Assembly (NCBI GenBank): GCA_963716375.1
Contig: OY970306.1
Span: 3,202,441 to 3,266,440 of the forward strand
Length of the DNA: 64,000 nucleotides
Source: an uncultured Chloroflexia bacterium
Lineage (GTDB): Bacteria; Chloroflexota; Limnocylindria; Limnocylindrales; CSP1-4
Direction: 5' to 3'
Positions within the stretch are counted from its first letter, which is position 1, and every line of letters starts with the position of its first letter. Made by a program: the position numbers and the translations under genes. Under the pieces are notes generated by a model. The model did no database searches, was not told the origin of the DNA, and was given only the letters and a program-made list of their open reading frames with translations. This document shows, piece by piece, positions 54,068 through 62,786 of this stretch.

Positions 54068-54796
54068 ATGACATCCAACCGAAAGACCGCACTCGCAGCA
54101 GGCCTGTTCTTCCTCCTCACCGAGGTCACCGCCCTGGCCGGGTACTTCCTGTACGGACCCGTGCTCAACCACCGGGACTTCGTCCTGACGGGCGTCGGTG
54201 ACACGTCGGTCCTCTTCGGCGCCATCTTCGAGGCGCTCCTCGTCGTCGCCAACATCGGCACCGCGGTCATCCTGTACCCGGTCATCCGCAGGCAGAACGA
54301 AACGCTCGGGATCGGCTACGTGGCCGGACGGCTCCTGGAATCGGTGATCATCCTCATCGGCGCGTTCAGCCTCCTCACGATCGTGACGCTCCACACCCAG
54401 CTCGCCGCCGGGGATGGCGCGGGCGCCATCGTTCTGGTGCCCTTCGCCCAGGCGCTGATCGCCCTGCACGATTGGACCTTCCTCTTCGGCCCGAACCTCG
54501 TGCTCGGCGTCAACACCGTCATGCTCGCGTACGTCATGTACCGGTCACAGCTGGTGCCGCGCCTGATTGCAACGCTGGGCCTCTTCGGGGGCACCCTGAT
54601 CGTGGGATCGGGCATCGCGGTCATGTTCGGGCTCTATGCGCAGATGTCCTCGATTGGCGCACTGGCGGGACTCCCCGTCCTCGCCTGGGAGGTCTCGTTC
54701 GGGATCTACCTCATCGTGAAGGGGTTCAAGCCCTCCCCCGTCGTCGCGGAGAGCCCACAGCAGGTCGGCGTCGCCACGGCATACGCCGCCGCTTGA
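54068..54796 (+). CDS. DUF4386 family membrane protein
   Basis: NRKTALAAGLFFLLTEVTALAG..., LYPVIRRQNETLGIGYVAGRLLES and YVMYRSQLVPRLIATLGLFGG. Six hydrophobic segments. Confidence 0.8.
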   Translation: MTSNRKTALAAGLFFLLTEVTALAGYFLYGPVLNHRDFVLTGVGDTSVLFGAIFEALLVVANIGTAVILYPVIRRQNETLGIGYVAGRLLESVIILIGAFSLLTIVTLHTQLAAGDGAGAIVLVPFAQALIALHDWTFLFGPNLVLGVNTVMLAYVMYRSQLVPRLIATLGLFGGTLIVGSGIAVMFGLYAQMSSIGALAGLPVLAWEVSFGIYLIVKGFKPSPVVAESPQQVGVATAYAAA

Positions 54797-54943
54797 CGCT
54801 CATGTCCTTCGGCCGGGGGCGGGACGCGTCCCCGGCCCCGGCAGAACGAGGCCCCGCAGTCGTTGCGGGGCCTCTGCCACGTCCGGCTTCATGGCCGGCC
54901 CGACTCCACCTACGGCGGACGCCCAGCAGGCCAGATCGAGTCG

Positions 54944-56515
54944 ATGGGAATCGCTGCTACGATCGGACTCGCCGCATGGCGGCCAGCCGACGCCGCATTC
55001 CTAGGGGGAGCATTCGACGCAGTGCGCAACGTTGAGGCCGGCGACGCCCGATCGCTGATCCAGCGCCAGCTCTCGCGGCGCCAGGTGCTCCGCGGCGGCC
55101 TGATCGCGGGCGGTGCCGCGTTCCTCGCGGCCTGCCAGGGCGCGGTGACGCCAACCCCGAGCGCCGCCCCGACGACTGAACCGACCAGCGCTCACACGGC
55201 CCCACCTCCCGTGGCCTCGACCGCCGCCACGCCGGCTGCGCCCACGACACCTCCAACCCCCGCCCCCTCGGCAGCGCCAACCGTGGCTCCCACGGCCGCG
55301 CCCACTGCCGCCGCGCAGAACTTCGCGGGCACCGACCTGACGATCATGTCCCCGGGTGGCTACTTCGACCCGTACTTCGCTCTCGGGACGGCGAAGTGGA
55401 ATGCTGCGACGGGCGGCACCGCCACCCCGGTCAGCACCGACTTCGCCGAGTATCGGGTGAAAATGGCCGGCATCATCGCGACCGGCGACCCCTCGTTCGA
55501 CATCCTGTACACGACCGCTGCCTTTGGCTACGTGCTCAGGTTCGGAGAGCGCCTCCTGCTGCCGATCGGGGACCACGTTGGCGACACGAGCGACTTCCTC
55601 GACGATTCGCTCCAGGGCCTGACATCGTCGGACGGCGTCCTGCGTGCCCTGCCGCTGTACGACAACACGTACCTGTGGGGCTGGAACAAGCAGCACTTCG
55701 CGGCGATCGGGGAGGACCCGGACAACCCGCCCGACACCTATGACGCCCTGTTCGCCCTCGTGCCGAAGTTCAAGGCCAAGGGGATCATTCCCTGTGTCCA
55801 GCCGTGGCTGGCGACTGAGGCCAACCTGTTCGCGCAGCTGTACTGGACGCAGATCTACAACTCGACGAGCCATCCGATGTTCAGCGACGACCAGACGCAG
55901 GTGATGTTCGACGGGGATGATGGCCTGCTCACGTTCCAGACGATCGAGCAGGGCATCGGGACAGGCTGGTGGGATCCCAGGTACATGAACCTCGCCAACG
56001 ACAACGATGCCTTCAAGATCTTCAACGATGGCAACGTCGCCACGACCATGGAAGGCGCGTACCCGGTCCCGACCGGCGACATGGCCCAGTTCGGCGCGAA
56101 TCACGGCGTGCGGCAGTTTCCGGGCATCAAGCCTGGCACGACCGGCTCGGCAGGCGGACCGGGCGGCTGCGGCGTGAGCAGGTTCTCGACGAACGTTGAC
56201 GCGGGCTGGAGTTGGATGCGAGCCCAGTTCAGTGCCGACGTCGGAAAGGCGGCCGCGCTGTCCGCCGGACACTACACAGTGGCGCGCGAATCGGTCATCA
56301 CTGACCCGAACGTCATCGAGGCGATTCCACTGCTGGCGGCCTTTGCCCTCCAGTACCAGGGCGTGACGAACTCGTGGCCGACGCCGTATGAGACGCAACC
56401 GGTCTTCAACGAGGTCGTCACCAGGATGATCAGCGGCGAGTACACGGCCGCGCAGGCCCAGGCCGCCGCGGTGAAGGGCTGCCAGGATGTGATCACCAAG
56501 TACCTGGCGAGCTAG
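54944..56515 (+). CDS. ABC transporter extracellular solute-binding lipoprotein (family 1, sugar-type), Tat-like signal
   Basis: SRRQVLRGGLIAGGAAFLAAC (twin-Arg plus lipobox), an Ala/Pro/Thr linker and an SBP-like body. No permease or ATPase adjacent. Start uncertain (54944, or the GTG near 55022). Confidence 0.8.
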   Translation: MGIAATIGLAAWRPADAAFLGGAFDAVRNVEAGDARSLIQRQLSRRQVLRGGLIAGGAAFLAACQGAVTPTPSAAPTTEPTSAHTAPPPVASTAATPAAPTTPPTPAPSAAPTVAPTAAPTAAAQNFAGTDLTIMSPGGYFDPYFALGTAKWNAATGGTATPVSTDFAEYRVKMAGIIATGDPSFDILYTTAAFGYVLRFGERLLLPIGDHVGDTSDFLDDSLQGLTSSDGVLRALPLYDNTYLWGWNKQHFAAIGEDPDNPPDTYDALFALVPKFKAKGIIPCVQPWLATEANLFAQLYWTQIYNSTSHPMFSDDQTQVMFDGDDGLLTFQTIEQGIGTGWWDPRYMNLANDNDAFKIFNDGNVATTMEGAYPVPTGDMAQFGANHGVRQFPGIKPGTTGSAGGPGGCGVSRFSTNVDAGWSWMRAQFSADVGKAAALSAGHYTVARESVITDPNVIEAIPLLAAFALQYQGVTNSWPTPYETQPVFNEVVTRMISGEYTAAQAQAAAVKGCQDVITKYLAS

Positions 56516-56583
56516 CTCGAGTTCCCGATTCGGGTGTGCCGGAGCGCAGAAGCGGGCGGTCCTCGGGGTATGGTGTGCGGCAG

Positions 56584-59349
56584 ATGGTCATGGCAAGCCC
56601 GCTGCTCGAGACCAAGCTCTACGTCCCGAAGCCGCGACGCGGTCTGGTGGCACGTCCGAGGCTGAGCGAGCGCCTGAGTCGCGTGGCCGATTCCAGGCTC
56701 ACCCTGGTCTCCGCACCGGCCGGCTTCGGCAAATCGACCCTCCTGGCGGAGTGGCTTGCCGCCCCGTCGGCCACCGGCCGATTGACGGCGTGGCTGTCCC
56801 TTGACCCCAGCGACAATCAGGCCTCTTCCTTCTGGTCGTACCTGATCGCGGCGCTGCGGACGGTGGCGCCCGAGGTCGGCGCCGGCGCGGTCGCGCTCCT
56901 CGAATCGCCCCAGCAGCCGATCTCAGCGGTCCTCACCACCCTGCTCAACGAGCTCAGCGCCGTCCCCGACGACATCGTGCTGGTGCTCGACGACTACCAC
57001 CTGGTCGATGCGTCCGAGATCCAGGACGGGATGACGTTCCTGATCGACCATCTGCCGCCGCGAATGCACCTCGTGATCGCGACCCGCGCGGATCCGGCGC
57101 TGCCGCTGGCCCGCCTGCGAGCGCGGGGCGAGCTCGTCGAGGTCCGCGCGGCGGATCTGCGATTCACGCCCGACGAGGCCGCGGCGTATCTCAACGAGGT
57201 GATGGGCCTGGCGCTGACGGTCCGCGACGTCGCGGCGCTGGAAGCGCGCACTGAAGGCTGGATCGCCGCGCTCCAGCTGGCGGCGCTCTCGATGCAGGGG
57301 CGAGACGACATCGCCGGCTTCATCGCCGGCTTCGCCGGGGACGACCGCTATATCGTCGATTACCTGGTGGAAGAGGTGCTGCAGCGCCAGCCCGAACGCG
57401 TCCGGAGCTTCCTCCTCCAGACCTCCATCCTGGACCGCCTCAGCGGCCCACTCTGCGATGCCGTCACCGGCGAGCCTGGCGGCAAGGCTGTGCTGGAAGC
57501 CCTGGACCGGGCGAATCTCTTTGTCGTCCCGCTCGACGACCGCCGCCGCTGGTACCGCTATCAGCACCTCTTTGCCGACGTCGTCCACACCCACCTCGTC
57601 GATGAGCGGCCTGCCGACATCCCCGAGCTGCACCGGCGAGCGAGCCTCTGGTTCGAGCAGGAAGGCGAGCAGGTCGAGGCGATTGGCCACGCGCTGGCCG
57701 CCGGGGATTTCCCGAGGGTGGCGGATCTCGTTGAGCTGGCACTGCCGGTCCTGCGCAGGGATCGGCAGCGTGCCGTAACGCTTGCCTGGCTCGAGGCCCT
57801 ACCTGACGCGCTGATCAAAGCCAGACCGGTGCTCGGCACCGGATATGTCTGGGTGTTGCTCGAAGCGGGCCGGCTCGAGGCCGCGGAGGCTCGTCTGCGG
57901 GACGCCGAACGGTGGTTGGACACGCCGGCTGGCGCACGTCGCGCAGAGATGGTCGTCGTGAACGAGGAGGAGTTTCGCGATCTGCCGGCGACGATCGCCC
58001 TGTATCGCGCCGCCATTGCCCAGGGTCGTGGCGACGTGCCCGAGACGATCAGGCAGGCTCGGATGGTGCTGGACCTGGTCCCCGAGGATGAGCACCTCCG
58101 ACGCGGATCGGCGGCAGCGTTCCTGGGACTCGCCGCCTGGACGAGCGGCGACCTCGAGGCGGCCTACCGGATGTTTGCCGAGGGCATGGCCCATGTGCTA
58201 AAGGGCGGACACATCTCGGACGCCATCAGCGGGGCAATGCCCCTCGCCGATTTCCGGATTGCCCAGGGCCGTCTCCGCGATGCAGGACGCACCTACGAGC
58301 AGGCACTGCGGCTCGCGGCGGAGCAGGGCGAACCGCTCCCGCTCGGGACGGCGGACCTGTATGTGGGCCTGGCCGAGCTCAGTCGTGAGCGAGACGAACT
58401 TGAGCAGGCCTTGCGGGACCTGCAGAGGAGCAAGGACCTCGCCGAGCGCACGGGGTTCGGTCAGAACCGCTCTCGATGGCCCGTTGCCATGGCTCGGCTG
58501 AAGGAGGCCCAGGGAGATCTGGACGGCGCTCTCGACCTGCTGGCCGAGGCCGAGCGGCAGCACGTCAGGGACTACTTCTTCCCCGATGTGCGTCCCCTGG
58601 CCGCGCTGAAGGCACGTCTCTGGGTTGCCCAGGGCAGGATCGCCGAAGCCGCCGGCTGGGCGCGCGAGCAGGGCCTGTCCGCCGCGGACGACCTCGACTA
58701 CGTCGGTGAGTTCGCGCACATCACCCTGGCGAGGGTGCTCCTGGCCCAGTCGAGGATCGACCGCTCAGACCGTGGCGTTCACGAGGCAATGGGCCTGCTG
58801 GAGCGCCTGCTGAACGGAGCCGAAGCGGGCGGGCGGACGGGCACCGCCATCGAGATCCTGGTCCTGCAGGCGCTCGGTCATCAGTCGCAGGGCGAGATCC
58901 CGGCGGCGCTCGGGCCGCTCGAGCGTGCCCTGACGCTGGCTGAGCCGGAGGGCTACGTCCGAATCTTCGTTGACGAAGGGCCGCCGATGGCGGTGCTGCT
59001 GGAGGCGGCCGCAACGCGTGGGATCGCCCCGAGGTACGTCCGTCAACTGGTGACGGCCCTCGGCCGGGGGGCGGGCCGGGGCGAGGGCCGGAGCGGAGAC
59101 GGAACCCCGACCGGCCAGGGTCTGATCGAGCCGCTGAGCGAGCGTGAGCTTGACGTCCTTCGATTGCTCGCGACCGACCTGGACGGCCCGGAGATCGCCA
59201 GCCAGCTCGTGCTGTCGCTGCACACGGTCCGCAGCCACACGAAGAGCATCTACGCCAAGCTCGGTGTCAACAACCGGCGGGCCGCGGTTCGTCGGGCAGA
59301 GGAACTCGACCTCCTCCCCCGAAGACGAGACGGCCAGCCTCGGGCCTGA
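56584..59349 (+). CDS. MalT-like (LAL-type) STAND ATPase / LuxR-HTH transcriptional regulator
   Basis: LLETKLYVPKPRRGLVARPRL, Walker A APAGFGKSTLL, LVLDDYH, DRLSGPLCDAV and a C-terminal LSERELDVLRLLATDLDGPEIASQLVLSLHTVRSHTKSIYAKLGV. Confidence 0.9.
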   Translation: MVMASPLLETKLYVPKPRRGLVARPRLSERLSRVADSRLTLVSAPAGFGKSTLLAEWLAAPSATGRLTAWLSLDPSDNQASSFWSYLIAALRTVAPEVGAGAVALLESPQQPISAVLTTLLNELSAVPDDIVLVLDDYHLVDASEIQDGMTFLIDHLPPRMHLVIATRADPALPLARLRARGELVEVRAADLRFTPDEAAAYLNEVMGLALTVRDVAALEARTEGWIAALQLAALSMQGRDDIAGFIAGFAGDDRYIVDYLVEEVLQRQPERVRSFLLQTSILDRLSGPLCDAVTGEPGGKAVLEALDRANLFVVPLDDRRRWYRYQHLFADVVHTHLVDERPADIPELHRRASLWFEQEGEQVEAIGHALAAGDFPRVADLVELALPVLRRDRQRAVTLAWLEALPDALIKARPVLGTGYVWVLLEAGRLEAAEARLRDAERWLDTPAGARRAEMVVVNEEEFRDLPATIALYRAAIAQGRGDVPETIRQARMVLDLVPEDEHLRRGSAAAFLGLAAWTSGDLEAAYRMFAEGMAHVLKGGHISDAISGAMPLADFRIAQGRLRDAGRTYEQALRLAAEQGEPLPLGTADLYVGLAELSRERDELEQALRDLQRSKDLAERTGFGQNRSRWPVAMARLKEAQGDLDGALDLLAEAERQHVRDYFFPDVRPLAALKARLWVAQGRIAEAAGWAREQGLSAADDLDYVGEFAHITLARVLLAQSRIDRSDRGVHEAMGLLERLLNGAEAGGRTGTAIEILVLQALGHQSQGEIPAALGPLERALTLAEPEGYVRIFVDEGPPMAVLLEAAATRGIAPRYVRQLVTALGRGAGRGEGRSGDGTPTGQGLIEPLSERELDVLRLLATDLDGPEIASQLVLSLHTVRSHTKSIYAKLGVNNRRAAVRRAEELDLLPRRRDGQPRA

Positions 59350-59416
59350 TCGGCGGGCGCCGCGACACAGGGCCAGAAGGCCGACCCCGGCGTGCGGCCG
59401 AAGACGCCGCTGACAA

Positions 59417-59459
59417 TTCACCACCTCATTCACCACAGCTGGTGATGCCCACTCACCAC
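59417..59459 (+). promoter_or_regulatory. Cluster of TCACCAC direct repeats plus an inverted copy, upstream of the small-protein/DUF4386 operon
   Basis: TTCACCAC at 59417-59424 and 59429-59436, CTCACCAC at 59452-59459. TCACCA-cagc-TGGTGA palindrome at 59430-59445. Confidence 0.4.
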
Positions 59460-59519
59460 ATCCGCTCCTAGCTTCGTGATCACGCCGGCAACGGACGCAA
59501 CGCCGGCGGAAAGGAGCAG

Positions 59520-59825
59520 ATGAGCGGAAGAATCGACCCCGATCGCCACGAGTCCGGACGGTACGAAATCCGGCTCAAGGGGCATCTCGATGACCGCTGG
59601 GCCGCCTGGTTCGACGGGCTGAGCCTCAGCCACCAGGGCGATGGCACAACGGTCATCTCCGGCCCCCTGCCCGACCAGGCCGCGCTGCATGGCCTGCTCC
59701 AGAAGGTCCGGGACATCGGCCTGCCGCTCGTCTCGGTCATCTGCGTCGAGCCGGATCGGCCCGGCGTGCCCACCCCAGGTCCTCGATCGGCATCTGCCAA
59801 CCCACGAACAGGAGACCCGACATGA
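59520..59825 (+). CDS. Small conserved-looking hypothetical protein (YEIRLKG..DRWAAWFDG...DQAALHGLLQKVRDIGLPLVSV type)
   Basis: AGGAG RBS. The sequence pattern recalls an unnamed small-protein family I recall as common in actinobacterial genomes (recollection only, not searched). 4-nt overlap with the DUF4386 gene. Confidence 0.6.
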   Translation: MSGRIDPDRHESGRYEIRLKGHLDDRWAAWFDGLSLSHQGDGTTVISGPLPDQAALHGLLQKVRDIGLPLVSVICVEPDRPGVPTPGPRSASANPRTGDPT

Positions 59826-60637
59826 CCAACGCAACCCGCACCACGTCGCCCAAGCCCGCCCCGCTGGAGTCGATGCGGAAGACCGCACTCGTCGCGGGCG
59901 TGTTCTACCTGATTACCTTCATCTCGATCCCCTCGCTGACCCTCTATGGACCCATCTTCAACAATCCGGCCTGGATCCTCGGGTCCGGTCGCGACGCCGG
60001 CGTGCTCATCTCCACCGTCCTCGAGCTCATCGTCGCCCTCGCCGGCATCGGCACCGCGGTCGCGCTCTATCCGGTGGTCAAACGGCAGAACGAGGGCTTC
60101 GCACTCGGCTTTGTCGCGTCGCGAATCGTCGAGGCCGGCATGATCTTCACCGGTGTCGTCAGCATCCTGTCGCTGGTCACTCTGCGAACGAACCTAGGTG
60201 CCGTGGCCTCGGCGGCTGATGCGCCGTCGCTCGTCACCACCGGCGCGTCGCTCGTCGCGACCTACAACTCGACCTTCCTGCTCGGCCAGAGCCTCATGCC
60301 GGCCGTGAACGCCCTCCTCCTTGGCTACCTGATGTACCGATCCGGCCTCGTGCCACGGATCCTGCCCGTCCTGGGACTCATCGGAGCACCGTTGCTCCTC
60401 TCGGCCGATATCGGAATCCTGTTGGGCATCAACGAGAAGGTCTCCCTGTGGTCGGGACTCGCGGTCGTGCCGATCTTCGTGTGGGAGCTCGGGATCGGCC
60501 TCTGGATGACCTTCAAGGGCTTCAAGCGCACGGCGCCGCTCATGATCGAGGCCGCCGCCGAGCAGGCGGCCCTTGACGGTTCCGCGCGGCCGATCTCGTC
60601 ACCGAGCCCCGTCGCCGCGAAGGCCAGCGCGGCATGA
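59822..60637 (+). CDS. DUF4386 family membrane protein (paralog of 54068..54796)
   Basis: MRKTALVAGVFYLITFISIPS..., LYPVVKRQNEGFALGFVASRIVEA and YLMYRSGLVPRILPVLGLIGAP. Confidence 0.8.
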   Translation: MTNATRTTSPKPAPLESMRKTALVAGVFYLITFISIPSLTLYGPIFNNPAWILGSGRDAGVLISTVLELIVALAGIGTAVALYPVVKRQNEGFALGFVASRIVEAGMIFTGVVSILSLVTLRTNLGAVASAADAPSLVTTGASLVATYNSTFLLGQSLMPAVNALLLGYLMYRSGLVPRILPVLGLIGAPLLLSADIGILLGINEKVSLWSGLAVVPIFVWELGIGLWMTFKGFKRTAPLMIEAAAEQAALDGSARPISSPSPVAAKASAA

Positions 60638-61107
60638 CCGCCGACGGAGTGCGGCCGGCCACGGTCCCGCCTCGCGCGTTCGTTCGGATCGCCTGGGTGC
60701 TGCACCGCGCGCTGTACCGGTTCAGTGGGGGGCGAATTGGACTCCGGCCCCCCGAGGCCGGCAACACCTTCGGGATGCTGCGCCTGAACACGATCGGGCG
60801 GCGTTCCGGCCAGCCACGGGTCGCCATCGTCGGTTACTACGAGGACGGCCCGAACCTGGTCACGCTGGCAATGAACGGCTGGGCTGAGGCGGAGCCCGCC
60901 TGGTGGCTGAACCTCCAGGCGCAGCCCAACACGGTGGTCGAGCTGAAGGATGGTCCCCGCGCAGTCCGCGGTCGCGCCGCGGAAGGCGACGAGCGCGATC
61001 GGCTCTGGGCGCGCTGGGGCGAGTTCAGCGACAAGTACGACGCCTGGGCAGCGAAGCGTTCCGGGCAGACCGCGGTGGTCGTGCTCGAGCCTCGCGCCGC
61101 CGCCTGA
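60634..61107 (+). CDS. Deazaflavin (F420)-dependent nitroreductase (DDN) family protein
   Basis: LNTIGRRSGQPRV, EPAWWLNLQAQP, ERDRLWARW and TAVVVLEP. 4-nt overlap with the upstream gene. Confidence 0.8.
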   Translation: MTADGVRPATVPPRAFVRIAWVLHRALYRFSGGRIGLRPPEAGNTFGMLRLNTIGRRSGQPRVAIVGYYEDGPNLVTLAMNGWAEAEPAWWLNLQAQPNTVVELKDGPRAVRGRAAEGDERDRLWARWGEFSDKYDAWAAKRSGQTAVVVLEPRAAA

Positions 61108-61212
61108 CGGGAAGGGTCCGGGAGTCCGTCTCCAGGACCCTTCAACCCTCACCCACTTCACCCATCGCACATCGATCCCGCTCCGCATCGGGGTCAGAAG
61201 GGAGTCACTTCC

Positions 61213-61620
61213 ATGTCCAAGGCAACCATCGTCAAGTTCTTCATCGGCAGTGTCGCCGCCGGCATCGTGGGCGCCATCCTCGTGGTTACGACGTGGGGCG
61301 TGTTCCCGGCCGACGTGTTCGTCAAGAACGGCGCCGACATCGTCGGCGTCCAGGGATCGACATTCGCGTGGGCGGTGTTCGGACTCGGGGTGGCCGGCGT
61401 GATCGTTCTCGTCGGCGCGGCGTTCGCCGCCGTTGCCGGTTGGATCGGCGCTCTGCTGAACACCTCGACACTCGAACGCAAGACCTGGTTCATCGCCCTC
61501 GCGTTGCTCGGGGTCTTCGACCTCGGTCTGCTGGCCCTGTTCGCGTACGTCGTCGCAGGGCCGGACGGGCCGCGGCGGACGACGACCGCCTCGACGCTCA
61601 CGACGGCCGGCGCGTCATGA
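61213..61620 (+). CDS. Small 4-TM membrane protein, translationally coupled to the FtsX-type permease
   Basis: Hydrophobic segments. ATGA overlap with the next gene at 61617-61620. No family recognised. Confidence 0.55.
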   Translation: MSKATIVKFFIGSVAAGIVGAILVVTTWGVFPADVFVKNGADIVGVQGSTFAWAVFGLGVAGVIVLVGAAFAAVAGWIGALLNTSTLERKTWFIALALLGVFDLGLLALFAYVVAGPDGPRRTTTASTLTTAGAS

Positions 61621-62786
61621 GCCTGCTGCGCAACCTCGGGCGCCGAAGGCTCCGCACCACGCTCACTGTCCTCGGGATCGTCATCGGGATCTGGGCGCTG
61701 GTCGTCTTCAGCTCGATGGCCAACAAGATCAACACGCTGGTCGCGAGCGGCAGCGACTACTACATCGGCAAGGTCGTCGTCAGCGATGGCTCGACGAGCG
61801 GCTTCGGCATCGGCCTCGTGCCGATCGACGTTGGTCTGGCCGACCAGGTCCGCGCCCTGGGCGGCGTTGGCGCGGTCGATCCGCAGGTGCAGATGCCGTT
61901 CGAGGATGCCAAGGCCGCGGGCTTCGGCATCCCGAAGCTGATCCTCGGCGCCGTGGCCGGGGCGGACGGCGGCCTCGACCGATCCCACGTCACGCCCGCC
62001 CAGGGCCGCCTGCTGACCGCGGCGGACGAGGGCTCACAGGTCACCGTCCTTGGCTCGGATCTCGCCCGCACGTTCGATGTCGGCATCGGTGACAGCATCG
62101 CCATCCGTGGCGTGTCGTTCCAGGTCGTCGGCATCCTCGAGCCCACCCTGACCGCGCCCGACACGACGGCCAGGCTGCCGCTCGCGGCGGCCCAGCAGTT
62201 GTTCCTCGCAAGCCTGCCGCCAAAGCTCGCCGGGGCGCTGCACGCCAGCGACCTCGCGACCCAGATCGTCGCGTATCCCGCGCCCGGCGCCGACCCTGAC
62301 GAACTCGCCAGGCGCATCAAGGCACTCGGCAACGTGACCACGATCACGAGCGCCGACTGGCAGGAACAGGTCGGTACGACCAACCTGATCTTCAACGCGA
62401 TCATCCTCGGCGTCGGGATCATCAGCCTGGTCGTCGGCGGCCTCTCGGTCATCAACACGATGGCGATGAGTGTCACCGAGCGAACCCGCGAGATCGGCAT
62501 CAAGCGGGCGATCGGCAGCTCGCGCCGCCGGATCATCCGCGAACTCGTGGCCGAGGCCGCCCTGATCGGCGTGATCGGCGGGCTCATCGGCCTGGCGCTG
62601 GCGGCCCTCGTGGTCTACCTCGCCAACGAGGCCGGCCGGAGCTCCGGGACCAGCCTCTTCGACCTGACCGCCGGCACGGCGCTCTTCGCCGTCGCCTTCA
62701 GCACGATCCTCGGCATGGTTGCCGGAGTCGTCCCAGCCTGGAATGCTGCCCGGCTCGACCCGGTCGCGGCGCTCCGCTACGAGTGA
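61617..62786 (+). CDS. MacB/FtsX-type ABC transporter permease
   Basis: MSLLRNLGRRRLRTTLTVLGIVIGIWALV, a large periplasmic loop, then MSVTERTREIGIKRAIG and a C-terminal PAWNAARLDPVAALRYE. Confidence 0.85.
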   Translation: MSLLRNLGRRRLRTTLTVLGIVIGIWALVVFSSMANKINTLVASGSDYYIGKVVVSDGSTSGFGIGLVPIDVGLADQVRALGGVGAVDPQVQMPFEDAKAAGFGIPKLILGAVAGADGGLDRSHVTPAQGRLLTAADEGSQVTVLGSDLARTFDVGIGDSIAIRGVSFQVVGILEPTLTAPDTTARLPLAAAQQLFLASLPPKLAGALHASDLATQIVAYPAPGADPDELARRIKALGNVTTITSADWQEQVGTTNLIFNAIILGVGIISLVVGGLSVINTMAMSVTERTREIGIKRAIGSSRRRIIRELVAEAALIGVIGGLIGLALAALVVYLANEAGRSSGTSLFDLTAGTALFAVAFSTILGMVAGVVPAWNAARLDPVAALRYE

